Of a stretch of DNA of 55,124 bases, positions 18,998 to 26,315 are shown piece after piece (within the stretch, counting starts at the first letter, position 1; each line of letters begins with the position of its first letter). The notes under the pieces were generated by a model, which saw only the letters and a program-made list of their open reading frames with translations, was not told where the DNA came from and made no database searches. Both the position numbers and the translations under genes were made by a program. Source of the stretch: a virus (Duplodnaviria > Caudoviricetes); the IMG/VR virus record IMGVR_UViG_3300030104_000130, positions 1 through 55,124 of that record; one strand, written 5' to 3'.

Positions 18998-19180
18998 ATG
19001 ATTTTAATAGACTTTACAAACAACGAAACTATTGAGTTTCCATCAGTTCTTATGGCTCAAATGTTCATTAGAGATTTGACATCTATGGACATTTATGTCG
19101 CAGGAATCCACTGCAGTAATGCAGAGGACTTTAAACCGCTAGAAGACTACATTCTAGCACTTTACCAATCCATAAACTAA
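18998..19180 (+). CDS. Hypothetical early protein
   Basis: AAGGAG RBS; RBS and ATG lie in a long hairpin arm. Confidence 0.7.
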   Translation: MILIDFTNNETIEFPSVLMAQMFIRDLTSMDIYVAGIHCSNAEDFKPLEDYILALYQSIN

Positions 19181-19192
19181 AAGGAGTACATT

Positions 19193-19462
19193 ATGGAAAA
19201 TACGTTTGATATTAACAGCTTTGACAAAGAGCAACTTAGCAGTCCAGCAACTTTTAAGCAGTGCAGAGCATTGTCTTACAAGTTTGCAAAAACTGGAGAT
19301 AAAATGAACTGGAAAGTCCACAAGCAAGTCCAAGGTTGCTTATATGGACTAGCCAAAGATAATAAGTTTTCTTTTAAACAAGCCAATGATTTGTTTTCAA
19401 AGAAGACTCTTCCAAAGAAATATAAAGATGCTATTGCTTTATATTTAAAAGAAAACTCTTAA
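19193..19462 (+). CDS. Hypothetical early protein
   Basis: AAGGAG RBS; PATFKQ motif; followed by terminator. Confidence 0.75.
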   Translation: MENTFDINSFDKEQLSSPATFKQCRALSYKFAKTGDKMNWKVHKQVQGCLYGLAKDNKFSFKQANDLFSKKTLPKKYKDAIALYLKENS

Positions 19463-19468
19463 TCTTTT

Positions 19469-19506
19469 AAGCCTTTGTAATTTAAAACATTGCAAAGGCT
19501 TTTTTT
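19469..19506 (+). terminator. Intrinsic terminator
   Basis: AAGCCUUUGUAA / UUGCAAAGGCUU stem plus U-run right after the stop codon. Confidence 0.75.
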
Positions 19507-19762
19507 AACTGTTAGTTTTGGTAAACTTCTGATCGCTTAAGATTCCTGGTGCATATGTCTTCTTAGCTCTAAGAATCACTAATTCATACCTGAAGCACCA
19601 GTGTTTTAAAAAGCGATCAGAAGTTTTTAACAGGCTTAACTCTAAGATTTTATAATTACCTCGAAGACTCGGTAGCTTTTTATCTTTGCATACGACCATA
19701 GCAAAGAATTAAGTTTAAATAATTTTAAATTTAATTAGCTTTCGAGTTTAAAGTTTAAAATT

Positions 19763-19975
19763 GGGCAGGAAGTTGAGGGATTTTTTATATAGGGGCAGGA
19801 AGTTGAGGGAAATGTTGCACAAATGTTTCTAAATTGTCACATAAAATTCACAAAATGTTTCTAAATTGTCACATAAATGACACAAAAGACACAAAAAAAA
19901 TACAATAATTTTTAAATATTTTAAAATTGTATTTAATTTTATAATTATTTTTAATATTAATTTTTAAGTTTTATA
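19763..19975. repeat. Direct repeats plus AT-rich tract (candidate origin or regulator-binding array)
   Basis: GGGCAGGAAGTTGAGGGA at 19763 and 19793; AAATGTTTCTAAATTGTCACATAAA at 19821 and 19853; near-pure A/T ~19900-19975. Confidence 0.7.
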
Positions 19976-19978
19976 TGC

Positions 19979-20007
19979 TTGACATCTGCTGATCTTGTCG
20001 CTATAAT
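19979..20007 (+). promoter_or_regulatory. Early sigma70 promoter 1
   Basis: TTGACA-17-TATAAT with upstream TTTTAAGTTTTATATGC. Confidence 0.9.
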
Positions 20008-20049
20008 ACACCCCGACACAGCAACCATGCTTTATTTTAGGAGATAGAT

Positions 20050-20274
20050 ATGGAAAAACCAAAACTTAAAAAGTTTAACAGTAATGAAAAAGCTTTACGC
20101 TATATCAGAGAGTTAGGCTTTAGTTTAAAAGATCGTCATTGTTTTAAAGAAGACAGATCGTATTTATACACCAAGAAGTTTTCAAAACAACAGGTGTATC
20201 TAAGATCAACGTTCGATTATCTAAACGATAACACTATAGAAATGGGGACTGTATGGACAGTACAACAATTTTAA
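20050..20274 (+). CDS. Hypothetical early protein
   Basis: AGGAG RBS, own promoter. Confidence 0.75.
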   Translation: MEKPKLKKFNSNEKALRYIRELGFSLKDRHCFKEDRSYLYTKKFSKQQVYLRSTFDYLNDNTIEMGTVWTVQQF

Positions 20275-20285
20275 GCTTTATACGC

Positions 20286-20314
20286 TTGACATCTGCCGAA
20301 GATGTCGGTATAAT
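20286..20314 (+). promoter_or_regulatory. Early sigma70 promoter 2
   Basis: TTGACA-17-TATAAT, near-identical upstream box. Confidence 0.9.
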
Positions 20315-20370
20315 TATCGGGCTTGGCAGGGTTCAAGCATTTAAAAATTCATAAACTTAAAGGAGATATT

Positions 20371-20667
20371 ATGAAAGAAGGGCATTTAATAAATAAAATC
20401 AACAGGTTAATTCCTATTGCAAACGCAACACCTATGTCAGAATTCTATGATGATGACAGCACAGGTATTTGGATTAGAGGTAGTGAGTATTCATACAAAG
20501 GAACGCTATCTTATGAAAGATTATTATATGAGCACTACCTAGCATATGAAGAAGGTTGTTCAGAAGATGATTGTGTACACCCAGACCTATTAAAAATAAT
20601 AGAAGATGCAGGGTGGTTTTATGAACCTTATGATGCAGGTACACTCATGTTGTACCCTAATTATTAA
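20371..20667 (+). CDS. Hypothetical early protein
   Basis: AAGGAG RBS before ATG 20371; GIW...HP...GW..EPYDAGT. Confidence 0.75.
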   Translation: MKEGHLINKINRLIPIANATPMSEFYDDDSTGIWIRGSEYSYKGTLSYERLLYEHYLAYEEGCSEDDCVHPDLLKIIEDAGWFYEPYDAGTLMLYPNY

Positions 20668-20684
20668 TTTTACAGGAGAAACTT

Positions 20685-20804
20685 ATGGAAGAACGAGATC
20701 ACTTTGATATGATAGAGTTTATAGAGTCTATCATTGAGCCACAAGAAGCTGTTAAAGAAGCTGACGATAGTATCGAAGACGACATCGAGCCTATTAGTTT
20801 TTAA
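20685..20804 (+). CDS. Acidic microprotein, 39 aa (not in ORF track)
   Basis: AGGAG RBS; MEERDHF...EDDIEPISF. Confidence 0.6.
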   Translation: MEERDHFDMIEFIESIIEPQEAVKEADDSIEDDIEPISF

Positions 20805-20815
20805 GTTTTATATGC

Positions 20816-20844
20816 TTGACAGCGTGGCAAGATCGGGGTATAAT
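20816..20844 (+). promoter_or_regulatory. Early sigma70 promoter 3
   Basis: TTGACA-17-TATAAT, same upstream box. Confidence 0.9.
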
Positions 20845-21089
20845 TATCCCCACAGAACGAACGGACATTATGTAAAAGAGTCCTTAAAATTATAAGGAAT
20901 TAAATAATATGACATAATGTCAAGGGAACATAGAGAAACACCAGCGTAAGATTATACAAAATAACCTGCATGTACTCTCCCGACTTAGACATTCGCTATA
21001 GATTTGTCTTTGAAAATCCTCTTTGTTAGTTTCGAGCAGTAGTAAACTAACACCTTTATTAACCTTAATAAACTATGGAGATAGTAAAT

Positions 21090-21515
21090 ATGTCAAAATT
21101 GATATACAGCAGAAATGGTAGTGCAACTACCGAAAGCATTGATAATGCTTCACCTACAGTCCGAGCAATATGGAATAAAGCACATAGATTTGGTGCTAAT
21201 ATTGTAAGGGTTAGAGCAGAGAAGAATAGATTTGGTGCTGACACAGGTCGTACTTTTAATTCTTTTCATCATGGAAAAGTGTCAGTCTACAAGCAAAAAG
21301 ACCAAGTACATCAAGATGATGCCTTATACTTTGCTAGAAAGATACCTCTTACCAAAGCAAACAAGGGTATGCAAATTCTTGAGATACATACTAACATAGA
21401 TGTTCAAGATACTCTTGATACTATTGGAGGTATTAAATATTATTCAGAGACTTCTTTCTTTGAAAGACTTTGGAATCGTATTAGATATGGTACTCCCATG
21501 TCAATCACTTCCTAG
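21090..21515 (+). CDS. Hypothetical early protein
   Basis: GGAG RBS before MSKLIY. Confidence 0.7.
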   Translation: MSKLIYSRNGSATTESIDNASPTVRAIWNKAHRFGANIVRVRAEKNRFGADTGRTFNSFHHGKVSVYKQKDQVHQDDALYFARKIPLTKANKGMQILEIHTNIDVQDTLDTIGGIKYYSETSFFERLWNRIRYGTPMSITS

Positions 21516-21687
21516 TTTGTGTAAGGAAAAACTAGGTGGTTTGGTAGTCTTCCAAATATACAAAGACTACCGAAGTAGCGTAACATACTAATAGCTACTC
21601 AAAAATATATAAAGGTAGGTGGTTTGCTAGTAGTCCATGCCAAAAAAACTAGCACTATTTTAACGCTATTATTTATGGAGATATATT

Positions 21688-22137
21688 ATGGCACAGATGA
21701 GAGTAAAAGACCAAGACCTAGTTGTAGAACAGGTTGTAAGTAAAATTGAAGCTACTGAACTTGAAAAGCTCAATGCTAGAAAAGATGTTCAAACAGTTCT
21801 AGCTGATGCTGAAGCAAGGATTGAAGTAATTTCAAGACTTGTGGAACAATACAATGAACTTGAAGAAACTATCAAAGCTGAAAAGAAAGAACTAGAAACT
21901 ATAGTTAAAGCTTTTCAAAAAGCTAATGATTTTTCAGCAAAATACGGAAGCACTACTCAAGGCATTAAGTTGACTGATGGATATAGTTGTAATACAATTC
22001 CATCATGTGAAACTGTATGGGACATGGGTTGGCGAACAAAGGGTGAAGTATCTACTAAACTCAGACTTCAAACTATGGGTGGAGACTTTGATGTTTACAA
22101 ACTCATTGAGGAGTTGACAGCAGAGTTTAGTTCGTAG
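21688..22137 (+). CDS. Hypothetical coiled-coil protein
   Basis: GGAG RBS; heptad-like helix. Confidence 0.75.
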   Translation: MAQMRVKDQDLVVEQVVSKIEATELEKLNARKDVQTVLADAEARIEVISRLVEQYNELEETIKAEKKELETIVKAFQKANDFSAKYGSTTQGIKLTDGYSCNTIPSCETVWDMGWRTKGEVSTKLRLQTMGGDFDVYKLIEELTAEFSS

Positions 22138-22143
22138 TATAAT
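22114..22143 (+). promoter_or_regulatory. Sigma70 promoter 4
   Basis: TTGACA-18-TATAAT. Confidence 0.7.
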
Positions 22144-22306
22144 AATTTTGTAGTTAGGAGTGAGCCTTTGTAAAAACCTTTCTGTATCAATTCGGTTGGC
22201 TTGAAGAGGTTAAGGCTAAAAGTAAATAAGAACTAAACCACCATGCACTAACTACAAACAGTTGCTAGACCTGTAAAACTAGCACTTAATTTTATAGGAG
22301 ATAGAT

Positions 22307-22522
22307 ATGGAATTTACATTACAGGGTGAAGATCAAATGTTAGGTGCAAGGCTTTTAACTATGAGAGCAGGATTGCAGTTAGAACTTAAAGGATTACGAA
22401 TGACACGAGGTCGTAGCTGTTATGCTTTAATTAAAGAAGAGACAGGCTTGAAAGGTAGTAAGCAAAAGGTTTACGATCAGTTTGAAGTTATGTTAAAAGA
22501 AGCAGGGATACTGCAGGAGTAG
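22307..22522 (+). CDS. Hypothetical protein
   Basis: AGGAG RBS. Confidence 0.7.
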   Translation: MEFTLQGEDQMLGARLLTMRAGLQLELKGLRMTRGRSCYALIKEETGLKGSKQKVYDQFEVMLKEAGILQE

Positions 22523-22529
22523 AAATATA

Positions 22530-22775
22530 ATGCAAACTATATATCAAATTGTTGAGGAAGTATGTGCAAGAGACTTTCCAATCCTTACAAGACTATCTGA
22601 AACACAACAGAAAAAATTTATAGATATCATCTATGAAGATGTATTAGCAGGAGATAATCCTACTGAGATTGCAGAGCATAAACTTTATGATTACATTGAA
22701 GAGTTTATTGCAAAAGCTATTAGTGTTTCTATTGATGATGTCGTTGATTTTTATGAGGATAATACTAATGCCTAA
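22530..22775 (+). CDS. Hypothetical acidic protein
   Basis: GGAG RBS; operon packing. Confidence 0.65.
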   Translation: MQTIYQIVEEVCARDFPILTRLSETQQKKFIDIIYEDVLAGDNPTEIAEHKLYDYIEEFIAKAISVSIDDVVDFYEDNTNA

Positions 22776-22917
22776 ATATAAATATGTTGTATGGGTTGGT
22801 GGTTGTGATAATTACTATACTGAATACGAGAGAGCCAAAGAACATTATGATGAATGGATTGAGCAAGGATATGATGATGTTCATTTATTAAAACTAGAGG
22901 AGAAAGCTAATGCCTAA
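22768..22917 (+). CDS. Small protein (Y.VWVGG...GYDDV pattern)
   Basis: GAGG RBS before MPKYKY. Confidence 0.65.
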   Translation: MPKYKYVVWVGGCDNYYTEYERAKEHYDEWIEQGYDDVHLLKLEEKANA

Positions 22918-23635
22918 ATATAATTTGCTATCAAGTGGTAGCACCAAGATTGAAAAGAGCAACAAGCTATCTGACGAATGGTTTAGTCGGATAATTTATT
23001 TAGCACCTGATGATTTAGCAGATGGCAAGAGAACTTTATGTCCATATGCAAAAGTTGCCAAGTGTAGTGAAGCCTGTTTGAACACAGCAGGTATGGGTAA
23101 ATTCTCTAATGTTCAGCAGTCAAGAATTAGAAAATCTCTACTGTTCTTAAACGACCAACAGGAGTTCATGAGACAGCTTGTAGAGGACGCAAATAAATTC
23201 TTGAAGGAGTGTGATAGGTTGGGTAAAAAACCTGCCCTACGGCTTAATGGTACAAGTGATATTCAGTGGGAAAATATTGAGGTTGATGGGTACAAAAATA
23301 TATTTGAAATGTACCCACAGATACAGTTTTATGACTATACAAAAATCCCTACAAGGAAGGTAGAGCACATACCTAATTATCATTTGACTTGGAGTTATTC
23401 CGAAGCTAATGATAAGTATGCTACTCTGTTCGACAAAGTATCGAACAATATAGCAGTAGTCTTTCGTGATGCTCTACCTAAGATGTTCAAGGGTTTGAAA
23501 GTAATTGATGGAGACGAACACGACATGAGATTCTTAGATGAAACTCAAGTGGTGGTTGGACTTATCGAAAAGGGTGAAGCCAAGAAGGATACTTCAGGCT
23601 TTGTAATTGATTTAATAAATGCGAGGGCAATATAA
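22910..23635 (+). CDS. Gp88-like protein with Cys triad
   Basis: CPYAKVAKCSEAC, LRLNGTSD, FYDYTK, YHLTWS, DGDEHDMRFLD. Confidence 0.75.
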   Translation: MPKYNLLSSGSTKIEKSNKLSDEWFSRIIYLAPDDLADGKRTLCPYAKVAKCSEACLNTAGMGKFSNVQQSRIRKSLLFLNDQQEFMRQLVEDANKFLKECDRLGKKPALRLNGTSDIQWENIEVDGYKNIFEMYPQIQFYDYTKIPTRKVEHIPNYHLTWSYSEANDKYATLFDKVSNNIAVVFRDALPKMFKGLKVIDGDEHDMRFLDETQVVVGLIEKGEAKKDTSGFVIDLINARAI

Positions 23636-23911
23636 ATGAACTTAACAAATGAAATAAGACTACACGATAGTCTAAAAAACTTAACAGATACTATGGTTGA
23701 AGAAGTTTCTGATACTGTATGTGAAAATGTAGATGATAAGCTGTGTGATTTTGAAGCTAAAGTAGATGATTTAGAAAGCATAGTTGACAATCAATCATCT
23801 GAAATTGCTGAGTTAGAAAACACTCTCTCTTATCTTGAGGGTACAGTAGAAGATTTAACAAGCAGACTAGATGAACTAGAAGCTAAACTAGAGGAACTAA
23901 ACAATGAATGA
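23636..23911 (+). CDS. Acidic coiled-coil protein
   Basis: Strong heptad pattern in C-half. Confidence 0.65.
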   Translation: MNLTNEIRLHDSLKNLTDTMVEEVSDTVCENVDDKLCDFEAKVDDLESIVDNQSSEIAELENTLSYLEGTVEDLTSRLDELEAKLEELNNE

Positions 23912-24209
23912 ATACTATAACAAAGAAGACTCTGATAAAAGAGTAGAAGACTTTAAAAAAGCTGTTAACATTATGGAAAAAGCAATATCAAAAGCATTCT
24001 TTAATGGCTATGGTTTAATGTTTAAGTACCACAAGATTGAAACAGGTGAGCATCAACAACGAATGCTATTGACTGTATCAGATATTAAATACAACTCTGA
24101 TGATGAGATATTAGTAGGTGGTTGTATCAATACTGATGGGGATTACAGACAATTCTTCATGGAAAACATGATGTCTGTTAAACCTTTTAAGTATGTGTCT
24201 ATTGACTAA
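23904..24209 (+). CDS. Possible stand-alone WYL-like domain protein
   Basis: FKY...R....V...LVGGC....YRQF pattern. Confidence 0.45.
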   Translation: MNEYYNKEDSDKRVEDFKKAVNIMEKAISKAFFNGYGLMFKYHKIETGEHQQRMLLTVSDIKYNSDDEILVGGCINTDGDYRQFFMENMMSVKPFKYVSID

Positions 24210-24220
24210 AGGAAATTTTT

Positions 24221-24475
24221 ATGATACAATACAACAAGATTAAGGTGTCAGCTAAAGTAAAAGCTAAACATACAATATCAGATTATCTGATGAAGGTGTT
24301 TGATGGGTTGAAACATAATCCATTAGACTTTATAGAGGATTGGGAAACCATGACAACAAAAGAACAAGAAGCAGTAATAGATCAAGTCAGCTTGTTTGAG
24401 GACAGGATACACAAACTGCTTGGAGTTAAATTTAAGGAGATAATAAGTGCGAGTAATTTTAATAAATCCATTTGA
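24221..24475 (+). CDS. Hypothetical protein
   Basis: AGGA RBS; operon packing. Confidence 0.65.
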   Translation: MIQYNKIKVSAKVKAKHTISDYLMKVFDGLKHNPLDFIEDWETMTTKEQEAVIDQVSLFEDRIHKLLGVKFKEIISASNFNKSI

Positions 24476-24800
24476 CGAGACAGTCAAAGAAGCAGTATAT
24501 GGTGGGGACTATAGAGAAATCTATGACCTCATTGAGTGTAGAACCTTTACAGTTCAGATGATTGATGAAAACAATGATTTGTTTTTAGATGATGAAGGAC
24601 TGTTGGTTGAGGGTGAGCAAAGATATTTTGAATACAAAGGTCTTGGAACTTTTGCAGGTAAAGGATTGATCATGGCTCATGATGATGCAGGAGATTCAAT
24701 AGCTACAACTCTTGACCTCATGGAAGTATCATCAATAATAGAGTTCAAGCCCGAAGGCTACAGTCAAGAACCATACATGGAGTTCAAAGCTTGGCAATAA
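24447..24800 (+). CDS. DUF3846-like protein
   Basis: ILINP...IY.LIEC...LFLDDEGLL...FAGKGLI; AAGGAG RBS before GTG. Confidence 0.65.
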   Translation: MRVILINPFDETVKEAVYGGDYREIYDLIECRTFTVQMIDENNDLFLDDEGLLVEGEQRYFEYKGLGTFAGKGLIMAHDDAGDSIATTLDLMEVSSIIEFKPEGYSQEPYMEFKAWQ

Positions 24801-25087
24801 ACAGTAAACAATTAAAGAAACTTCGTAAGCTAGTCAAACCTTTACAGGTTGAGTGGCTTCAATCTATATTGCCCGAAGATCAAGGCAAGGCAATTACTGT
24901 GGATAATGTTGAGGAACTAATGCCTGATCAAACTCATGCCTTCGGTAATCGTCAAATGCATTTATCTTTTATGTCTGACAAGTGGATTATGAAAATATTA
25001 AAAGCTAATCCACATATTACAACATACAAAGAACTTGAAAAAGTAAATGAACAACAACAACATAAATATTTAGATAGGAGATTTTAA
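24791..25087 (+). CDS. Hypothetical protein
   Basis: GGAG before TTG start; operon packing. Confidence 0.6.
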   Translation: MAINSKQLKKLRKLVKPLQVEWLQSILPEDQGKAITVDNVEELMPDQTHAFGNRQMHLSFMSDKWIMKILKANPHITTYKELEKVNEQQQHKYLDRRF

Positions 25088-25338
25088 TGGAAGAATATTT
25101 AGTAGATGTTTTGTTTGCTGGTAAGAAAGAACAGCTTAAAACTTTTAGTGCTTCACCTTTAGAAGCATTAGATAGTATGATAAACTTTGAAGATGTTGAA
25201 GCTGTATATAAAATTACTAGACAAACAGATAAAAAAAACTGGTCTTTTGACAATAAACACCTCACAAGATTGAGGGAGTTGAGGGGCTTAATAAATAACG
25301 AAGGTGCTATCCTTCAAGAGTTGAGGAGGTCTCATTAA
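25087..25338 (+). CDS. Hypothetical protein
   Basis: AGGAG RBS, TAATG coupling. Confidence 0.65.
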   Translation: MEEYLVDVLFAGKKEQLKTFSASPLEALDSMINFEDVEAVYKITRQTDKKNWSFDNKHLTRLRELRGLINNEGAILQELRRSH

Positions 25339-25341
25339 TTA

Positions 25342-25554
25342 ATGGAAATTATATTAGTAGTGGTGGTTGGTGTATCTTTAATTGCTATGACAGGATTGTA
25401 TATGTATCTTGTTGACAAAGATAAGATAGAACCTTATATACCACCAAGAGTACAGCGTGGAAACTTTTGGGATGCAGAGACCAAGAAGTTTTACAAATGG
25501 GATGAGTTGATGAAACTTAAAAAGTTGAGGGAAAAAAATGACACAGTACAGTGA
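25342..25554 (+). CDS. Small membrane protein
   Basis: N-terminal TM helix; GGAGG RBS. Confidence 0.65.
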   Translation: MEIILVVVVGVSLIAMTGLYMYLVDKDKIEPYIPPRVQRGNFWDAETKKFYKWDELMKLKKLREKNDTVQ

Positions 25555-25744
25555 ACAAGTAGAAAAACAAAAAGAGTTTCTTGAAATGGAAAAAAAAGCC
25601 AAATCTATTACAGCTATTGACACGAGGTTCAAGGATGGGTTATGGTATAAACAAACTGTTGACTATGCAGATGGTCGAAGGGTGACAGAGTACAGAGACA
25701 AACGTAAATCAAAAGTAGTGGAGAATAGATATGGGTTGGACTAA
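25538..25744 (+). CDS. Hypothetical protein
   Basis: GAGG RBS; overlap coupling. Confidence 0.6.
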   Translation: MTQYSEQVEKQKEFLEMEKKAKSITAIDTRFKDGLWYKQTVDYADGRRVTEYRDKRKSKVVENRYGLD

Positions 25745-25868
25745 ACACTTAATTTATGTAGTTATTATAATACTATTACAGTTAATAAACTTTCATGCAG
25801 TTGGTTATACCAAACACAAGTCAGACTGGTGTGATGGGTTTTACAAACAATATGTTGAGGAGTTATAA
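25731..25868 (+). CDS. Membrane microprotein, 45 aa (not in ORF track)
   Basis: MGWTKHLIYVVIIILLQLINF...; GGAG RBS. Confidence 0.55.
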   Translation: MGWTKHLIYVVIIILLQLINFHAVGYTKHKSDWCDGFYKQYVEEL

Positions 25869-26017
25869 TGGCGAAGACGTGGAATAAATCTGCTCATGTA
25901 TCTGCTACACAAGGCAGAGGTAAGAAGACAAGTCAAGGTAGAGGTAATGTTGGCACATCTACCATGAATAAGAATAAGAAAGCCAACTTAAAAAAATATC
26001 GAGGGCAAGGTAAATGA
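25868..26017 (+). CDS. Basic microprotein ending KKYRGQGK, 49 aa (not in ORF track)
   Basis: GAGGAG RBS; C-terminal motif familiar from marine phages. Confidence 0.65.
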   Translation: MAKTWNKSAHVSATQGRGKKTSQGRGNVGTSTMNKNKKANLKKYRGQGK

Positions 26018-26127
26018 TTGAGATAGATAAAGAATGGCAAGATGCATTACAACAAGCAGCCGAAGAGGGTTGGGAAGAAGAAGCATTGGCAAGTAGAGCA
26101 CAACAAATATATAATGGAGAAGTCTAA
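26014..26127 (+). CDS. Acidic microprotein, 37 aa (not in ORF track)
   Basis: ATGA and TAATG coupling on both sides. Confidence 0.5.
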   Translation: MIEIDKEWQDALQQAAEEGWEEEALASRAQQIYNGEV

Positions 26128-26315
26128 TGAAAGAGAAGATGATAACAATTAAAGTTCCAGAGTCTAGACTTAAATGGATTAAGGAAGAATACAAACTAGC
26201 CAAGTGGGGAGTCAATGGTTTATTTGAGTATGGTGGTATGGATATCAAAGAAGCACATGCACTAGCAGATATTCTTTGTCATGTTAATGAAGTGTTTCAG
26301 ATTGAGGATGAGTAA
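26127..26315 (+). CDS. Hypothetical protein
   Basis: GGAG RBS. Confidence 0.6.
   Translation: MKEKMITIKVPESRLKWIKEEYKLAKWGVNGLFEYGGMDIKEAHALADILCHVNEVFQIEDE

Larger units (their letters stand above)
18052..19810 (+). ncRNA. Candidate large structured RNA / structured leader enclosing two small ORFs
   Basis: Many nested inverted repeats, 14-20 bp long-range pairings, most non-Watson-Crick pairs are G-U on +; boundaries approximate. Confidence 0.5.

Noticed and set aside
18285-19646. Transposon or invertible segment bounded by inverted repeats
   Set aside because: No transposase or recombinase seen, and the arms are interrupted by self-folding insertions, which fits secondary structure better
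18052-19810. Group I/II intron, hammerhead ribozyme, tRNA or tmRNA as the explanation of the structured region
   Set aside because: No group II domain V, group I core, CUGAUGA/GAAA core or cloverleaf recognised by eye, and no interrupted gene; an Infernal scan is still needed
19763-19880. Mini CRISPR array
   Set aside because: Only two copies of each repeat, 7-12 bp between copies, no cas genes
19772-25860. Recurrent GTTGAGG on the + strand of the early region (19772, 19802, 22551, 24606, 24908, 25278, 25320, 25524, 25854)
   Set aside because: Several copies are Shine-Dalgarno sites or Val-Glu codons; enrichment cannot be shown without a count against a codon-aware background
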